IMG/VR virus record: IMGVR_UViG_3300025264_000007
Coordinates: 1-64,000 of that record
Length of the DNA: 64,000 nucleotides
Reading direction: 5' to 3' (one strand)
DNA from: a virus
A program made the position numbers and the translations under genes. Of this stretch, positions 26,866 to 36,367 are shown piece after piece. The notes under the pieces were generated by a model. That model saw nothing but the letters and a program-made list of their open reading frames with translations. It ran no database searches and was not told where the DNA came from. Position 1 is the first letter of the stretch. The number at the start of each line of letters is the position of its first letter.

Positions 26866-27143
26866 TGTGTTCCTTTCACTGCAAAAACATATTTGCAAAT
26901 GTCTAAGCCTTCTTTAATATTCTTTACTGCCTTGGGGTCATGCGGGAATCGGTTCTCTAAGAAAGCAAGTCCGATGCATAGCCTTTCAAATCTTCCAAGA
27001 GTGTCGGTACGCAGCTTCAGGCGCTTGCAGCATTGCCCCCCCTCTGAGGGAATTGGTTGCGCATGAGAGCAACTGGTTACAAGGAGGGCGCTACAAACAA
27101 TGATAGCTAAGAGAACTATAAACTCTAGGGGATTGAGATTCAT
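26862..27143 (-). CDS. Cys-rich lipoprotein (paralog B)
   Basis: Lipobox VTSC-SHA, CCKRL, start ATG 27143 via ATGA overlap. Confidence 0.65.
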   Translation of the reverse strand: MNLNPLEFIVLLAIIVCSALLVTSCSHAQPIPSEGGQCCKRLKLRTDTLGRFERLCIGLAFLENRFPHDPKAVKNIKEGLDICKYVFAVKGTQ

Positions 27144-27433
27144 TTTCTTTTTTTCCTGGGCTGCGGAATGCCGGCCTCGTTCATTAAGAAATCTAAATGC
27201 CACTGGTCAAAAGCGTTTATCTCTTTTTGTCTTTTTCGCCGCTCGCGCTTGTAATCGATCTTTGGAACCCATCCCATATAATACATGACCGAGCGCAAAA
27301 CACGCGGGTCTTGCTTCTTTAGCATTTGTACAATTTGATGTGCTTTTGCACGAACCTGACGGTGGGTCAGGGGTTTAGTGTTGTACCCATTGTGCGTGGT
27401 GATGTACCCCGCTAAAAGCAAACTAACCATCAT
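27140..27433 (-). CDS. Hypothetical basic protein
   Basis: ORF packing. Confidence 0.55.
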   Translation of the reverse strand: MMVSLLLAGYITTHNGYNTKPLTHRQVRAKAHQIVQMLKKQDPRVLRSVMYYMGWVPKIDYKRERRKRQKEINAFDQWHLDFLMNEAGIPQPRKKRK

Positions 27434-28313
27434 TTAAGACCAAGTGCGCCTGCGCTTTTCGGATGCGTTCGATTGCTAGCTCGCGATACTCGTCGTTGAT
27501 TTCAAACCCGATAAAGTCGCGGTTATTTTCGAGCGCCACCACTGCGGTGGTACCAGATCCAATAAAGGGATCGAGAACAACTCCGCCCTCAGGGCAACTC
27601 GATAAAATAGGATCAGCGATGAGTTCTGGCGGATAAACAGCAAAGTGGGCACCTCGATAGCTTTTTGTAGAGATATCCCATACCGTAAACTTCGGGCGCG
27701 TCAGTGTTTCGCCGGCTTCAATACGCTTGCGGAGTTTTTCGTAGTGAGAAGCTTGATTGACACTCGAAATGGCAAAACCTTCTTTGCCATGAGCATCTTT
27801 ATCTTTACGTTTACTAATATTGTTCTTGGAGAATGCGCGACGGATCGAAATCTCTTTCTGCGGCACTCGCGGTTGATCAAAGTAATAACCCTTAGTAACC
27901 TTAGTAAACATGTAAAGTTTTTCGTGGCTTACCCAAAACCGATCTTTGGCCGACATGGGTTGGGGATTGGGCTTGCTCCAAATCACTTCGTTACGCAAAA
28001 TCCACCCACGATTGGTCATTTCAATTTCAAATCGGCTAGGAATCTGTGCAAGACACTTCTTAATATAAGTGTCACCGATGTTGACCCAGCACACCCCTGT
28101 CTTTTTAAGCACTCGTTGAACTTCGTCGAAAATATTACACAGATCATTCACATAATCTTGATAACTTTCTTCCAAGCCAATCTGGCGATCCTTTTTATAA
28201 TCACGAAGATTATAATAGGGAGGTGAGGTGATACACATGTCAACCGACTCGGCAGGAAGCTTCTGAAGTTCTTCCAGCGAGTCGCCTAAATGAATGACGT
28301 TTCTCTCTAGCAT
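27423..28313 (-). CDS. Beta-class N4-cytosine-type DNA methyltransferase
   Basis: ITSPPY, WVNIGD, HFAVYP, VLDPFIGSGT. Confidence 0.9.
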   Translation of the reverse strand: MLERNVIHLGDSLEELQKLPAESVDMCITSPPYYNLRDYKKDRQIGLEESYQDYVNDLCNIFDEVQRVLKKTGVCWVNIGDTYIKKCLAQIPSRFEIEMTNRGWILRNEVIWSKPNPQPMSAKDRFWVSHEKLYMFTKVTKGYYFDQPRVPQKEISIRRAFSKNNISKRKDKDAHGKEGFAISSVNQASHYEKLRKRIEAGETLTRPKFTVWDISTKSYRGAHFAVYPPELIADPILSSCPEGGVVLDPFIGSGTTAVVALENNRDFIGFEINDEYRELAIERIRKAQAHLVLNDG

Positions 28314-28915
28314 GCGAGCCCCTCTTCAATCCGTTCAATCGCGTCATCGCGCAATTCTTTCGCCGTGGGATAATCCTTTTTAGCATGATTTGGTTCGAAC
28401 TTAAAGGTCGAGTAGGGAAAAAGTTCTTCAAACCTGAGCAGCCGTCGCCACGACGCAGCGCGGTAGACCTTGCGCTTGGAAAAGGCGCAGGATGCCGCGC
28501 TTCCGAGCACTTCAAGCTCATAAAGACCCTTCACAGTCTCGGCAGGAATCTCGTAGGCTAAGGGCTTGCCGCCGTCATAAATGGGGTTCATGTCGAGAAC
28601 CACATATGAGTCTACCTTTTCCAACTTATCATAGAAAGTGCTTTCTTCGAAGAACCTTCCCTTGCCCGTTGCCGTTGAAGGAGCAAAACTAAGCTTTGTC
28701 TTCATGTTCCGCACTTCGATGCGGGATGACCAGTGGTCATTGCCGGCGATTACATCGTAGGCTTCCTGTCCTGGCACGGTGCGCCCATCAACGAGGCGAG
28801 CGACGGTGCGCTCGGCTTGCGCTGACATTGAGTTACAGTTCATATTCCGAACGAATTCGTCTCGCGTATCGCCGTAACCCTCCGCGATCTTATCCATGTT
28901 CCAATTGATTTCCAT
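28307..28915 (-). CDS. Putative PD-(D/E)xK-type endonuclease
   Basis: AE...AYDV...RIEVR motif; overlaps the MTase gene. Confidence 0.45.
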   Translation of the reverse strand: MEINWNMDKIAEGYGDTRDEFVRNMNCNSMSAQAERTVARLVDGRTVPGQEAYDVIAGNDHWSSRIEVRNMKTKLSFAPSTATGKGRFFEESTFYDKLEKVDSYVVLDMNPIYDGGKPLAYEIPAETVKGLYELEVLGSAASCAFSKRKVYRAASWRRLLRFEELFPYSTFKFEPNHAKKDYPTAKELRDDAIERIEEGLAC

Positions 28916-28952
28916 CGTGGCAGCCTTTCATTATAGTTGTTCCACGCTTACT

Positions 28953-28980
28953 AGAATACCTTACTTTGGTAAGAAGTCAA
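28953..28980 (-). promoter_or_regulatory. Sigma70-type promoter, 16-nt spacer
   Basis: TTGACT-16-TATTCT. Confidence 0.6.
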
Positions 28981-29201
28981 GTTTTATTTTTGTTACGTTG
29001 TTCGGCTTCGAAGCCTCGCCGCAGAATCCGGCTGACCGAATTGGGTGATTCTATGACTTTCATCAGCGCACCGCAGACAGGGCAGTTAGGAGCTTGAATA
29101 TCTCGGGGATCAAAATAAAAAACAAACTTGCATTCTTTCACGAGATCGTTGTTGCGAGTCCCCGCGGAGGAGCACTGCCAGTTGGGTGGCGGAGAAGTCA
29201 T
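28977..29201 (-). CDS. Small Zn-ribbon protein
   Basis: WQC...C...NCPVCG. Confidence 0.6.
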   Translation of the reverse strand: MTSPPPNWQCSSAGTRNNDLVKECKFVFYFDPRDIQAPNCPVCGALMKVIESPNSVSRILRRGFEAEQRNKNKT

Positions 29202-29285
29202 TTTATTCCTTTCGTCAGCCGTAACAAATCAGATACATCATAACAGCAAGGGAAGCTGCGATCAAAATATCTATCGTAGTTGGCT

Positions 29286-29585
29286 TCATACCTTAAGTAG
29301 GTATTTTTGAGCCAAGATTGCCTTACAAAAATATTTTTTCTCCCCAATTTGAAGTTCATAGGTTAGCGGTTGGTTAAGTTTATTAGTTTTGACTTGAACC
29401 ACTAAAGCTAGTTTTCCCTCTAAAGCATCTTTGGTCAGCCGAAAAGGCGGATCATAAAACGAGTCGTATCGTTCAGCAGGGCACTCACTTAAGAACTTGT
29501 CTTTGCCAGCGCGCGCGCAGCACAGGCTCCAGCCATGCTCATTGACAATCACTTGCAAAAGGTCGCCTGCCGTGAACTGTTTCAT
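29286..29585 (-). CDS. SH3-like small protein (FTAGDLL)
   Basis: Motif, ATGA overlap. Confidence 0.55.
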   Translation of the reverse strand: MKQFTAGDLLQVIVNEHGWSLCCARAGKDKFLSECPAERYDSFYDPPFRLTKDALEGKLALVVQVKTNKLNQPLTYELQIGEKKYFCKAILAQKYLLKV

Positions 29586-29887
29586 TCATCGGGGGTCTCA
29601 AATTCAGGTAAGGGAGCAACAGTTCCGGTGTGGTTATGAAGCATATTAGCAAATTGGTAAAGTTGAGCGCCCATTTCGGCTGCAAGTTCAGCCGTCTCGC
29701 TCATCATCTCCGGATCGAGCACCATCTCTGTTGCTCGTTTTGCGCCCCCATCGGCTACTTCTTCGATCAGACGTTTCATCTGAACCGACAGGTCGCCATA
29801 CATGCTAGGGAGATCCAGCGCGTCTTTAGTGACTTGAGGAAGGATTTCCTCGTAAATAAGTTGATAGTTGATGATGGGGTAAGTCAT
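29582..29887 (-). CDS. Hypothetical protein
   Basis: ATGA overlaps. Confidence 0.6.
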   Translation of the reverse strand: MTYPIINYQLIYEEILPQVTKDALDLPSMYGDLSVQMKRLIEEVADGGAKRATEMVLDPEMMSETAELAAEMGAQLYQFANMLHNHTGTVAPLPEFETPDE

Positions 29888-30873
29888 GTGGTTTGACCTT
29901 TCTTTGTTGCGCGGCGTTCATCCTCAAGGTGTTGGGCAGCCGCCGCGGGGAAATCTGGGGGGATAGGGAGTGAGGCGTGAAATATACGGCGAAGGGGGTC
30001 ATCTGTGTTGACGGAATGCTCCGCTTTGGGTTGGGTACCGGCGGCGCGCGCGGCATCCTCCACCTTTAATGTGCTGTATGCCCCAAAATATGACCTTGAC
30101 ATACACTTCAGGTTGTGAAGGTCGTCGGTATCGGCATGCGTGGGGTCGTCGGTATCGGCAGGCGTGGCGCAGTCGTGAGTCTGCTGGAGGCTTTCGATGA
30201 GCTTCTCGGTTTTTTCTTTTTCGCCGTTGTGGAGTTCAATCTCGATGTATCCCACCCTAGACAAATCTTTGCCGGTGAGAAACTCGTATTCAGCGCCCTC
30301 GCAATCTACCTTAAGGTAGTCAATGAACCCATTGGGACTGGCCGCTAGAATATCTTCAATAGAAATCGTCTTTACTTCTTCGTATTCGTCGTCGAAAGGT
30401 TTTTCTGCGGAAGAATAGGCGTCGCCCGAAAAGTTGCCGTTCTGTAAGTTTTTTTGCATGTAAACTGTTTGCCCTGACGTGGCTCCCACTGCTAGGTTAT
30501 GCAGTTGAACTCGTTGGGGCGCTACGACCTGGCGTGCAACGTTGTCACTCAAGCGCCTAAAAGTTTCTTTGCACGGCTCGTAAGCTATTACATTGGTAGC
30601 TATTCGTGAAGCTAAATAAGTAAATGCGCCGACGTTTGCTCCCACATCCACAATGCACATGGGGCGGGGGCAAAGTGGGAATATGGGCAGACTTCCCCAG
30701 CCGATGAGGTACTCTGTGAGCATCTTTTCATCGTTGTGGGGATGGGAACTGGCCATTTGATTTAGGTTTACCATGCCATATGAGGGCCAGCTATAAGCTA
30801 CTGCTACCTCTCTGACGCGGTCGTAAAACCACTCGTCTTTCTGTCCTTGCGTAGCATCTTCAAACTCTAACAT
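29884..30873 (-). CDS. FkbM family methyltransferase
   Basis: VDVGANVG, IAYEP, HNLAV, IDYLKVDCEGAEY, EIELH. Confidence 0.88.
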   Translation of the reverse strand: MLEFEDATQGQKDEWFYDRVREVAVAYSWPSYGMVNLNQMASSHPHNDEKMLTEYLIGWGSLPIFPLCPRPMCIVDVGANVGAFTYLASRIATNVIAYEPCKETFRRLSDNVARQVVAPQRVQLHNLAVGATSGQTVYMQKNLQNGNFSGDAYSSAEKPFDDEYEEVKTISIEDILAASPNGFIDYLKVDCEGAEYEFLTGKDLSRVGYIEIELHNGEKEKTEKLIESLQQTHDCATPADTDDPTHADTDDLHNLKCMSRSYFGAYSTLKVEDAARAAGTQPKAEHSVNTDDPLRRIFHASLPIPPDFPAAAAQHLEDERRATKKGQTT

Positions 30874-30934
30874 TGAAACTCCTAATGGTTTAGTATACGC
30901 CAGGTTGGCTATGATGTTTAGTTATTTTCATCGT

Positions 30935-31180
30935 TTAATATCCCACATAAGGTGAGATTTCTGCCGGCAATACCCACCATAATATATTGCGCAGGAACTG
31001 CACTTGGTAGTGATGGCGGTGATTCCCGTCGGGTCCGCTGACGATCACTCCCACGGTTCCTTGTGTGATGGTTTGGTTGTCTTCATCCCCATCGATAGGA
31101 ACGCTCGAATAAATATTGGCGGCTGCTTCCACGAGCGCACCCGGATAATAGCATGACGATTCAGTCGCTTTAGTCGGCAT
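30935..31180 (-). CDS. SH3-like small protein (YYPGALV)
   Basis: Motif + GTVGVIV + YQVQF. Confidence 0.55.
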   Translation of the reverse strand: MPTKATESSCYYPGALVEAAANIYSSVPIDGDEDNQTITQGTVGVIVSGPDGNHRHHYQVQFLRNILWWVLPAEISPYVGY

Positions 31181-31643
31181 ATTGGCGGAGAACTTCGTAA
31201 AGTCGTTGGGGTGTTAGATCGGAATAGTGGTAGAGGTTGTCAACTGCGCCGGCAAGACGCAAGGCGTAGGCAATCCACTCAGAACAATACCAGCGACCTG
31301 TGCGCTTGATGTGAAAGGGCGTGAACTTTGATAAGATCATGCCTGCCCAATCATAGCCGTCGCCTTTGGTGTCGTGGTAGAATAGCTCAATGGTGTTGAC
31401 CTGCTCAAGCGTAACGGGTATACAGATAATATCATAGTCTTCCATATTTTCTTCAGCCTCTAGCCAGATCTTTCGAACGCCTTCCGCGCTAAAGGGGAGA
31501 ATGCTTATTGATTTGCCGTCAGGCATCATAAGTTCAGCATGAGAATAGATGGATTGGGTAGTCTTTCGGACAAGCCGGTTGTGCCACTCTCCCTCGCCCT
31601 TGTAGAACGCTACGCAAAGTTGAAGTGGTTCTGTCGGCTTTAC
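31170..31643 (-). CDS. Permuted papain-like (NlpC/P60, YiiX-like) amidase; start codon problem
   Basis: Frame open upstream of the called ATG: VAFYKG..LVR..T.SIYSHAEL, then GVR, YDW, RWYCSEWIAYAL, LTP. Confidence 0.65.
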   Translation of the reverse strand, partial: VKPTEPLQLCVAFYKGEGEWHNRLVRKTTQSIYSHAELMMPDGKSISILPFSAEGVRKIWLEAEENMEDYDIICIPVTLEQVNTIELFYHDTKGDGYDWAGMILSKFTPFHIKRTGRWYCSEWIAYALRLAGAVDNLYHYSDLTPQRLYEVLRQYAD

Positions 31644-31767
31644 CCCATAATAATATAACTATATCGGCAGGTAAGGAAATGAAAAAAATTTCGGCAAGTC
31701 TTTTTGGTGCTGAGAATTAACCTCAATCCCACGATGTTCTTCGCCAAATCTTGTGACGTCACCCGGA

Positions 31768-31989
31768 TCATTTCCCGAGTAAAAAGTAGGCGGTTAGAAA
31801 CCCCCCCACATAAAATACGGGGTGGAGCATAATGTGGAGTTTCATCCGTTGATGATAATACCCGGTAGCAATCATAAATTTAGCCACCAAGGCGGCGGTC
31901 TCCCGTCGGGCGCGGGGATCTTTCATCAGCGCGTCCTCCCACTCTTGTTGGTTACGAGCCACCTCATTATCTATATCTTTATTTGGCAT
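31768..31989 (-). CDS. Small membrane protein
   Basis: C-terminal hydrophobic segment. Confidence 0.5.
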   Translation of the reverse strand: MPNKDIDNEVARNQQEWEDALMKDPRARRETAALVAKFMIATGYYHQRMKLHIMLHPVFYVGGFLTAYFLLGK

Positions 31990-32362
31990 CGGCTTTTTTT
32001 CGTAACCATGAGGGGTTGGCTACCCTAGCTTTTCCCTTAACTATTTTAAGATGTTTGGCAACCGGGGGAATATCCCAATATGACACCCGGAAACACCCGT
32101 CGAATTCTCCCAGGGCTAACGGTTCGCACTGCATTTTTATAAGCTTCTTGCATAAAAATGTAAATTGCTTGGGAGTTTCTCGCGCCACATACAGGCCGAC
32201 TGTTCTCTCCTCAAAGCTACAGTAAAGCTCGTCTGTTTTCCACTTGCCGATGGAGCGAGCAACAGGAAGACCGTCTTCCGACTCCCGAAGGCGCAGGCGA
32301 TTCTTTCTACAGAATCTTTTAAACTCTTTAATTCTTTTTACTTGATCCTCGTCAGAAACCAT
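31979..32362 (-). CDS. Hypothetical protein
   Basis: SD AGGAGA. Confidence 0.6.
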   Translation of the reverse strand: MVSDEDQVKRIKEFKRFCRKNRLRLRESEDGLPVARSIGKWKTDELYCSFEERTVGLYVARETPKQFTFLCKKLIKMQCEPLALGEFDGCFRVSYWDIPPVAKHLKIVKGKARVANPSWLRKKADAK

Positions 32363-32372
32363 TTTCTATCTC

Positions 32373-32705
32373 CTATGAAAGGGGGCGGCGTTCATGCTGC
32401 GCCTTAAGCGCACGCGCAAACCAATTTAAACTTTTTCCTTCATTCACTAACATTGCCTCAAAGACCGGGTTATTTCTCACAATCACCGCATACAGCTTAT
32501 GCCATACATACCACTCTTCTTGCCCCACGGGGAGAAAGCCCGCCTGTGCCAGTTGGTGGTTGACCTCTCTGTATGAAAGGTCGCTCCGAGCCGCAGCTAG
32601 CAGCATTTGTCTTCTCTTCACATCCATATAGTCTATTATGCCATAAATCCCGCGGAGCGTAAAGAGCGATAGAGTGCTCTTATTCCCAGATGTGGCGACA
32701 CGCAT
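32373..32705 (-). CDS. Hypothetical protein (true start probably internal)
   Basis: ORF track. Confidence 0.5.
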   Translation of the reverse strand: MRVATSGNKSTLSLFTLRGIYGIIDYMDVKRRQMLLAAARSDLSYREVNHQLAQAGFLPVGQEEWYVWHKLYAVIVRNNPVFEAMLVNEGKSLNWFARALKAQHERRPLS

Positions 32706-32801
32706 CCCTCACTGCGTGGGCTGCGATACTTGCACCTAAAATCCCTAAAAACATTAATCCTACGACTCCGCTCCCAAGCGCCAACGCTATCTCGCGGGAA
32801 T

Positions 32802-33179
32802 TCATTCGTCGATACCGTGGTGGCGACCCGCATTCCGAGCATAAAGATAGAGAGCCCTCTCCAGCAATTCTCTGAGCGCAGCACCCATCTCATCAGGAGA
32901 CATATCTTCGCCCCGGTAGCTCATGGAGCGGAGCAATGCCACGCCCTCTTCATGAATCACTACGGTGGTGCGCAGTGATCGCGTGAGATGGTTGTGCTCG
33001 CACTCCCACACATCCACTATTGGGTTCTTTTTACTCATCTTCTTTTCCTTCTTCTCCAAAACGTTTAACTTCAACATATCTTCCACAATAATACATAGCT
33101 CCGGCCAAGAACCCAAAGCTAAAACCGGTGATCCTTCCGGTCGCGAAATCGTGCGCGGCGCATGCCCCAAAAAAAACAA
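32802..33179 (-). CDS. Hypothetical protein (true start probably internal MSKKNP)
   Basis: ORF track; AAGGA before the internal ATG. Confidence 0.5.
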   Translation of the reverse strand: MFFLGHAPRTISRPEGSPVLALGSWPELCIIVEDMLKLNVLEKKEKKMSKKNPIVDVWECEHNHLTRSLRTTVVIHEEGVALLRSMSYRGEDMSPDEMGAALRELLERALYLYARNAGRHHGIDE

Positions 33180-33207
33180 TCATGAATACATAAAACTGCA
33201 AAAACAT

Positions 33208-33582
33208 TTAATTCACCTCCACTCGAATGTGGCAGAGATGGCGAAGCTCTTGCGTTTTCTGCTCGACCACATCTGATAACTGAGCCAAGTCAACCACTTG
33301 GTCTTTGCTCAAAACAATATATTCTTTGTTGTCGTCATTAGCCAGTATCACCTTGTTGTCGGCGAGAACCTCACTCATAAACTGAAGCTGCTCAGACAAA
33401 GCAGCGATGGCGCTAGCAAGAGCCCCGATATCGCTAACTCCAAACTCGCTGAAGGGGGCATCCACAAAAGCGCACAAGTAATCAAGCGTCAGCGATGCTT
33501 GTTCGACGCCTTGATTGTATGCGGCAAGACTCATTAGGTATTCACCTTTTTTTGACCGCTTTGTCATTTGAGCGTCAACCAT
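33208..33582 (-). CDS. Hypothetical protein
   Basis: ORF packing. Confidence 0.55.
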   Translation of the reverse strand: MVDAQMTKRSKKGEYLMSLAAYNQGVEQASLTLDYLCAFVDAPFSEFGVSDIGALASAIAALSEQLQFMSEVLADNKVILANDDNKEYIVLSKDQVVDLAQLSDVVEQKTQELRHLCHIRVEVN

Positions 33583-34094
33583 TCGGGAAACCTAATTTTA
33601 AAAAAAGCATAAGTTCTGTTTACCTTCTTACGATATGCCTGAATAGCTGCCACATTCTGGGAGCGCCGCCAACCGGGGCCGCCATTATAACACGCGGCTA
33701 GGTTTTTCCCCTGGCAAGTCTTGTAGGTTCGTAAATTAGTTAGCACGCGAGTTGCTGCTCTTGTGGCATGAGTAATGTTGTGCATGTCTCGGCGAAAATC
33801 GGCGAAGGAGGCGTATCCCCACTGTCGCTTCCCCCACCAATACCAGTTGATTTGAAATACTCCCACATCCCCCGTTGCCGATGCCGCATCCGCTTGAAGA
33901 CGTGACTCTGCCCAAGCGATGGAGATCAAGAAGTGAGGGTCGGCACCGCGCCGATTGGCTTCCCTTATTATATCTTCGGCGACGGCTAGCTGTGCGGGAG
34001 TATAGTAGGCGGGTGCCCCCAGATAGAAAAAGTGCTCCGCTTCGGTGAGAGAAAAATCCCAACCCACCAGCAAACTGATCAGCACCCCCATCAT
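33564..34094 (-). CDS. Lytic transglycosylase (SLT domain)
   Basis: IAWAES (catalytic Glu), GDVGVFQIN, ACYNGG; N-terminal hydrophobic anchor. Confidence 0.85.
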   Translation of the reverse strand: MMGVLISLLVGWDFSLTEAEHFFYLGAPAYYTPAQLAVAEDIIREANRRGADPHFLISIAWAESRLQADAASATGDVGVFQINWYWWGKRQWGYASFADFRRDMHNITHATRAATRVLTNLRTYKTCQGKNLAACYNGGPGWRRSQNVAAIQAYRKKVNRTYAFFKIRFPEWLTLK

Positions 34095-34693
34095 GCGAAA
34101 TCAATCTCCACTTCTACCGTAATGCTTAACTGCGGCGTACGCAGATGGTTGACAATTCCATGTTTCTTTGCTTCCTCGGCGTCCATGAACCAGTCGGCAT
34201 GTTTTTTATTGAAAACCTTTTTCTTAAAGTAGTCGTCTTTCTTTCCACAATTACGAGCCATCATAGTAAATATCTTCTCATCCAGCCTTTCGGCTTCTTT
34301 TACATCGGCTTTTAGCTCTTCTATCTTTCCCCAGCCTCCGCTGCTCACGTCGTGAATCATGACGGTGGCATTAGGGTCGGCAAACCTCAGACCTTGTTCT
34401 CCAAAAGTTAAAAGAACGGCTCCGCAAGACATAGCTTTACCTTCTACAATGGTGGCAACGGGTAAGTCAGCAGCCTGAATAGCCCCTATCATTGACATTA
34501 AAGCATAAACTTGTCCCCCATACGAGTCAATGATGACCGGGATAACTTTTTGCCCGGTGTTGTGGGCGAGCGCCATCTTGTGCGCAAACTCCGTAGCCGA
34601 TTTTTCATTGAACTTGTTTACTCGAATAATAACGGGTTGCTTCCGCAACTCGCACTCTTTGATGAGTGGTGAGATTTCTGACTTCCAGATCAT
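34091..34693 (-). CDS. clpP: ClpP-like serine protease
   Basis: IDSYGG, GKAMSCG (Ser), VMIHD (His), DWFMDAEEA..GIV. Confidence 0.9.
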   Translation of the reverse strand: MIWKSEISPLIKECELRKQPVIIRVNKFNEKSATEFAHKMALAHNTGQKVIPVIIDSYGGQVYALMSMIGAIQAADLPVATIVEGKAMSCGAVLLTFGEQGLRFADPNATVMIHDVSSGGWGKIEELKADVKEAERLDEKIFTMMARNCGKKDDYFKKKVFNKKHADWFMDAEEAKKHGIVNHLRTPQLSITVEVEIDFA

Positions 34694-34698
34694 ATAAT

Positions 34699-34956
34699 TT
34701 ATCCTCGGAGAACCTGTTTCCCCTTATTTAAATAGGTTTTGAGGTCTTCGAACCCCCCAATAAACTTCTCACTCCCCGCAGTAATCTCGACTACCAGGGG
34801 CACCGTGCGCCAATTATAGGTATTCTGAATCTCTGTAAGAAGTTGGGGCTGCTGGTCGAGACCGTAGCATTCAAACTCGTGCTGCTTCTCTGCGAGCAGC
34901 CTGATTGCCGCATGGCAATAAGGGCAATCTGTCTTTGTGTATAATCTAAATTTCAT
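34699..34956 (-). CDS. Glutaredoxin
   Basis: CPYC, RTVP, FIGGFEDL. Confidence 0.92.
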   Translation of the reverse strand: MKFRLYTKTDCPYCHAAIRLLAEKQHEFECYGLDQQPQLLTEIQNTYNWRTVPLVVEITAGSEKFIGGFEDLKTYLNKGKQVLRG

Positions 34957-35821
34957 TTTTTACTATCTCCAATTCAAAGGGGTGAACCTCTTCATAAATA
35001 TCTCCCCCGAAAGAAATCCGGTAAAAGGAGCGTGCAAACTCGCCATTCGTGCGAGACGACGGTGCTAGCACAAGCCCATAGGGGTGCAGGGCTAGCGGGT
35101 TGGCTTCTGACCACTTAATAAAATCATCTAAGCCGGGTGGGGGGCGTCGTCGATCCCCTTCAATATACTCGCGCAACCCAAAAGCATAGCCGGCGGCATC
35201 TCTGGAAGATGTGCGGTATTCGGCTACAAGATCTAACAGTTTGTCGTCTTTCTTAGCGCGGGGATAAAAGTAAGCCATCCGAGGGCGAACCAAAGCGCCC
35301 GGCTGAAAAGGGTCGGCGTCGTGAGTGATCTCGCAGAACTCTTCGTACGACACCCTCTCCCCATACGATGAGTGCATCATACGGAGCGCGTTCTCATACC
35401 CAAAAACAGCCCCAAAAGGTCTAAAGATCGCCCACCCGATACGGAAAGGGCTCGGAATTACACTGCACCGGGAGGGAATACACAAGGCATCGCTTTCGTC
35501 TACCAAAAATCTTTTCTTGCCGCCGGTCAAGTTAAAAGAAAACTGTCGATAGCCGCGCGGGGATGTTCCTTCGTATGCCAGATTGTGACACCACAGGGAT
35601 CGGCCGCCACGAACCAACGTTGTATAGTCGGGGTGCTTCTCCAAGACTTGGGCGGGAAAAACCAGGCGAACGCGGTCTTCGTCCCGCGAGGGAGAATAGT
35701 TATACCGGCGGCGTGAGATTGCCTCAAAAAATGGATTACGTTCCACGGTGGTGTCGTCGCTATAATACCTAAACTGATTGCCAAAAAAGTTTTGGTATAG
35801 GTTGAGCCAGGTGTGTCGCAC
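34946..35821 (-). CDS. Hypothetical protein
   Basis: 291-aa ORF in operon context. Confidence 0.65.
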   Translation of the reverse strand: MRHTWLNLYQNFFGNQFRYYSDDTTVERNPFFEAISRRRYNYSPSRDEDRVRLVFPAQVLEKHPDYTTLVRGGRSLWCHNLAYEGTSPRGYRQFSFNLTGGKKRFLVDESDALCIPSRCSVIPSPFRIGWAIFRPFGAVFGYENALRMMHSSYGERVSYEEFCEITHDADPFQPGALVRPRMAYFYPRAKKDDKLLDLVAEYRTSSRDAAGYAFGLREYIEGDRRRPPPGLDDFIKWSEANPLALHPYGLVLAPSSRTNGEFARSFYRISFGGDIYEEVHPFELEIVKNEI

Positions 35822-35823
35822 GC

Positions 35824-36132
35824 TTAGGCTTGCCCTTTCGCCATCCGCACGAGGAGGCGATCCAGCGACTCGATCACAATTAACTGATTACTTGAGAGAG
35901 AATTGCTGCTGAGGAGGACGCGACTAAATTCGTGACGCTCGTCGAGATCGTCGGGCAGAAGCTCATCTTCTGTTTGTTTGCTCAGGTCGTGGGGGTAAAT
36001 CGCTACCACATAATCGGGATTGAGGGCAACTTCCCTAATGCCATATTTTTTACCATATCTCACCGACGCCGTAATATCATTTTTTCCGTACGCCTGCAAG
36101 GCTTGTTGGTGTAGTTCCATAACCTTTATCAT
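35824..36132 (-). CDS. Hypothetical protein
   Basis: REVALNPDYVVAI pattern; packing. Confidence 0.6.
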   Translation of the reverse strand: MIKVMELHQQALQAYGKNDITASVRYGKKYGIREVALNPDYVVAIYPHDLSKQTEDELLPDDLDERHEFSRVLLSSNSLSSNQLIVIESLDRLLVRMAKGQA

Positions 36133-36133
36133 C

Positions 36134-36367
36134 TTATACCTCTTTACAGTCTATCTTGCGCGCCAGCCAGGGAGACCCCTGGTAAAGAACCTCATAATAG
36201 GGCTCGGATTCGGTAGCAATGCGCTGAGGAGCTTCGTCGCATACAACCACGACGAGGGGCTCGTTTACTTGAACGAAGTCATCCACCACGTTATCGCACT
36301 CCATCTTAATGAGAGTTACTGCCGAGGGAAGGAAAACCAAGTCGCCTTTTTTAGGAGTCATCGTCAT
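36134..36367 (-). CDS. SH3-like small protein (PKKGDLV)
   Basis: Motif + YEVLYQG. Confidence 0.6.
   Translation of the reverse strand: MTMTPKKGDLVFLPSAVTLIKMECDNVVDDFVQVNEPLVVVVCDEAPQRIATESEPYYEVLYQGSPWLARKIDCKEV

Noticed and set aside
30121-30167. Tandem 24-bp duplication (ADTDD twice) in the FkbM gene
   Set aside because: Two in-frame copies only; ordinary slippage in a linker
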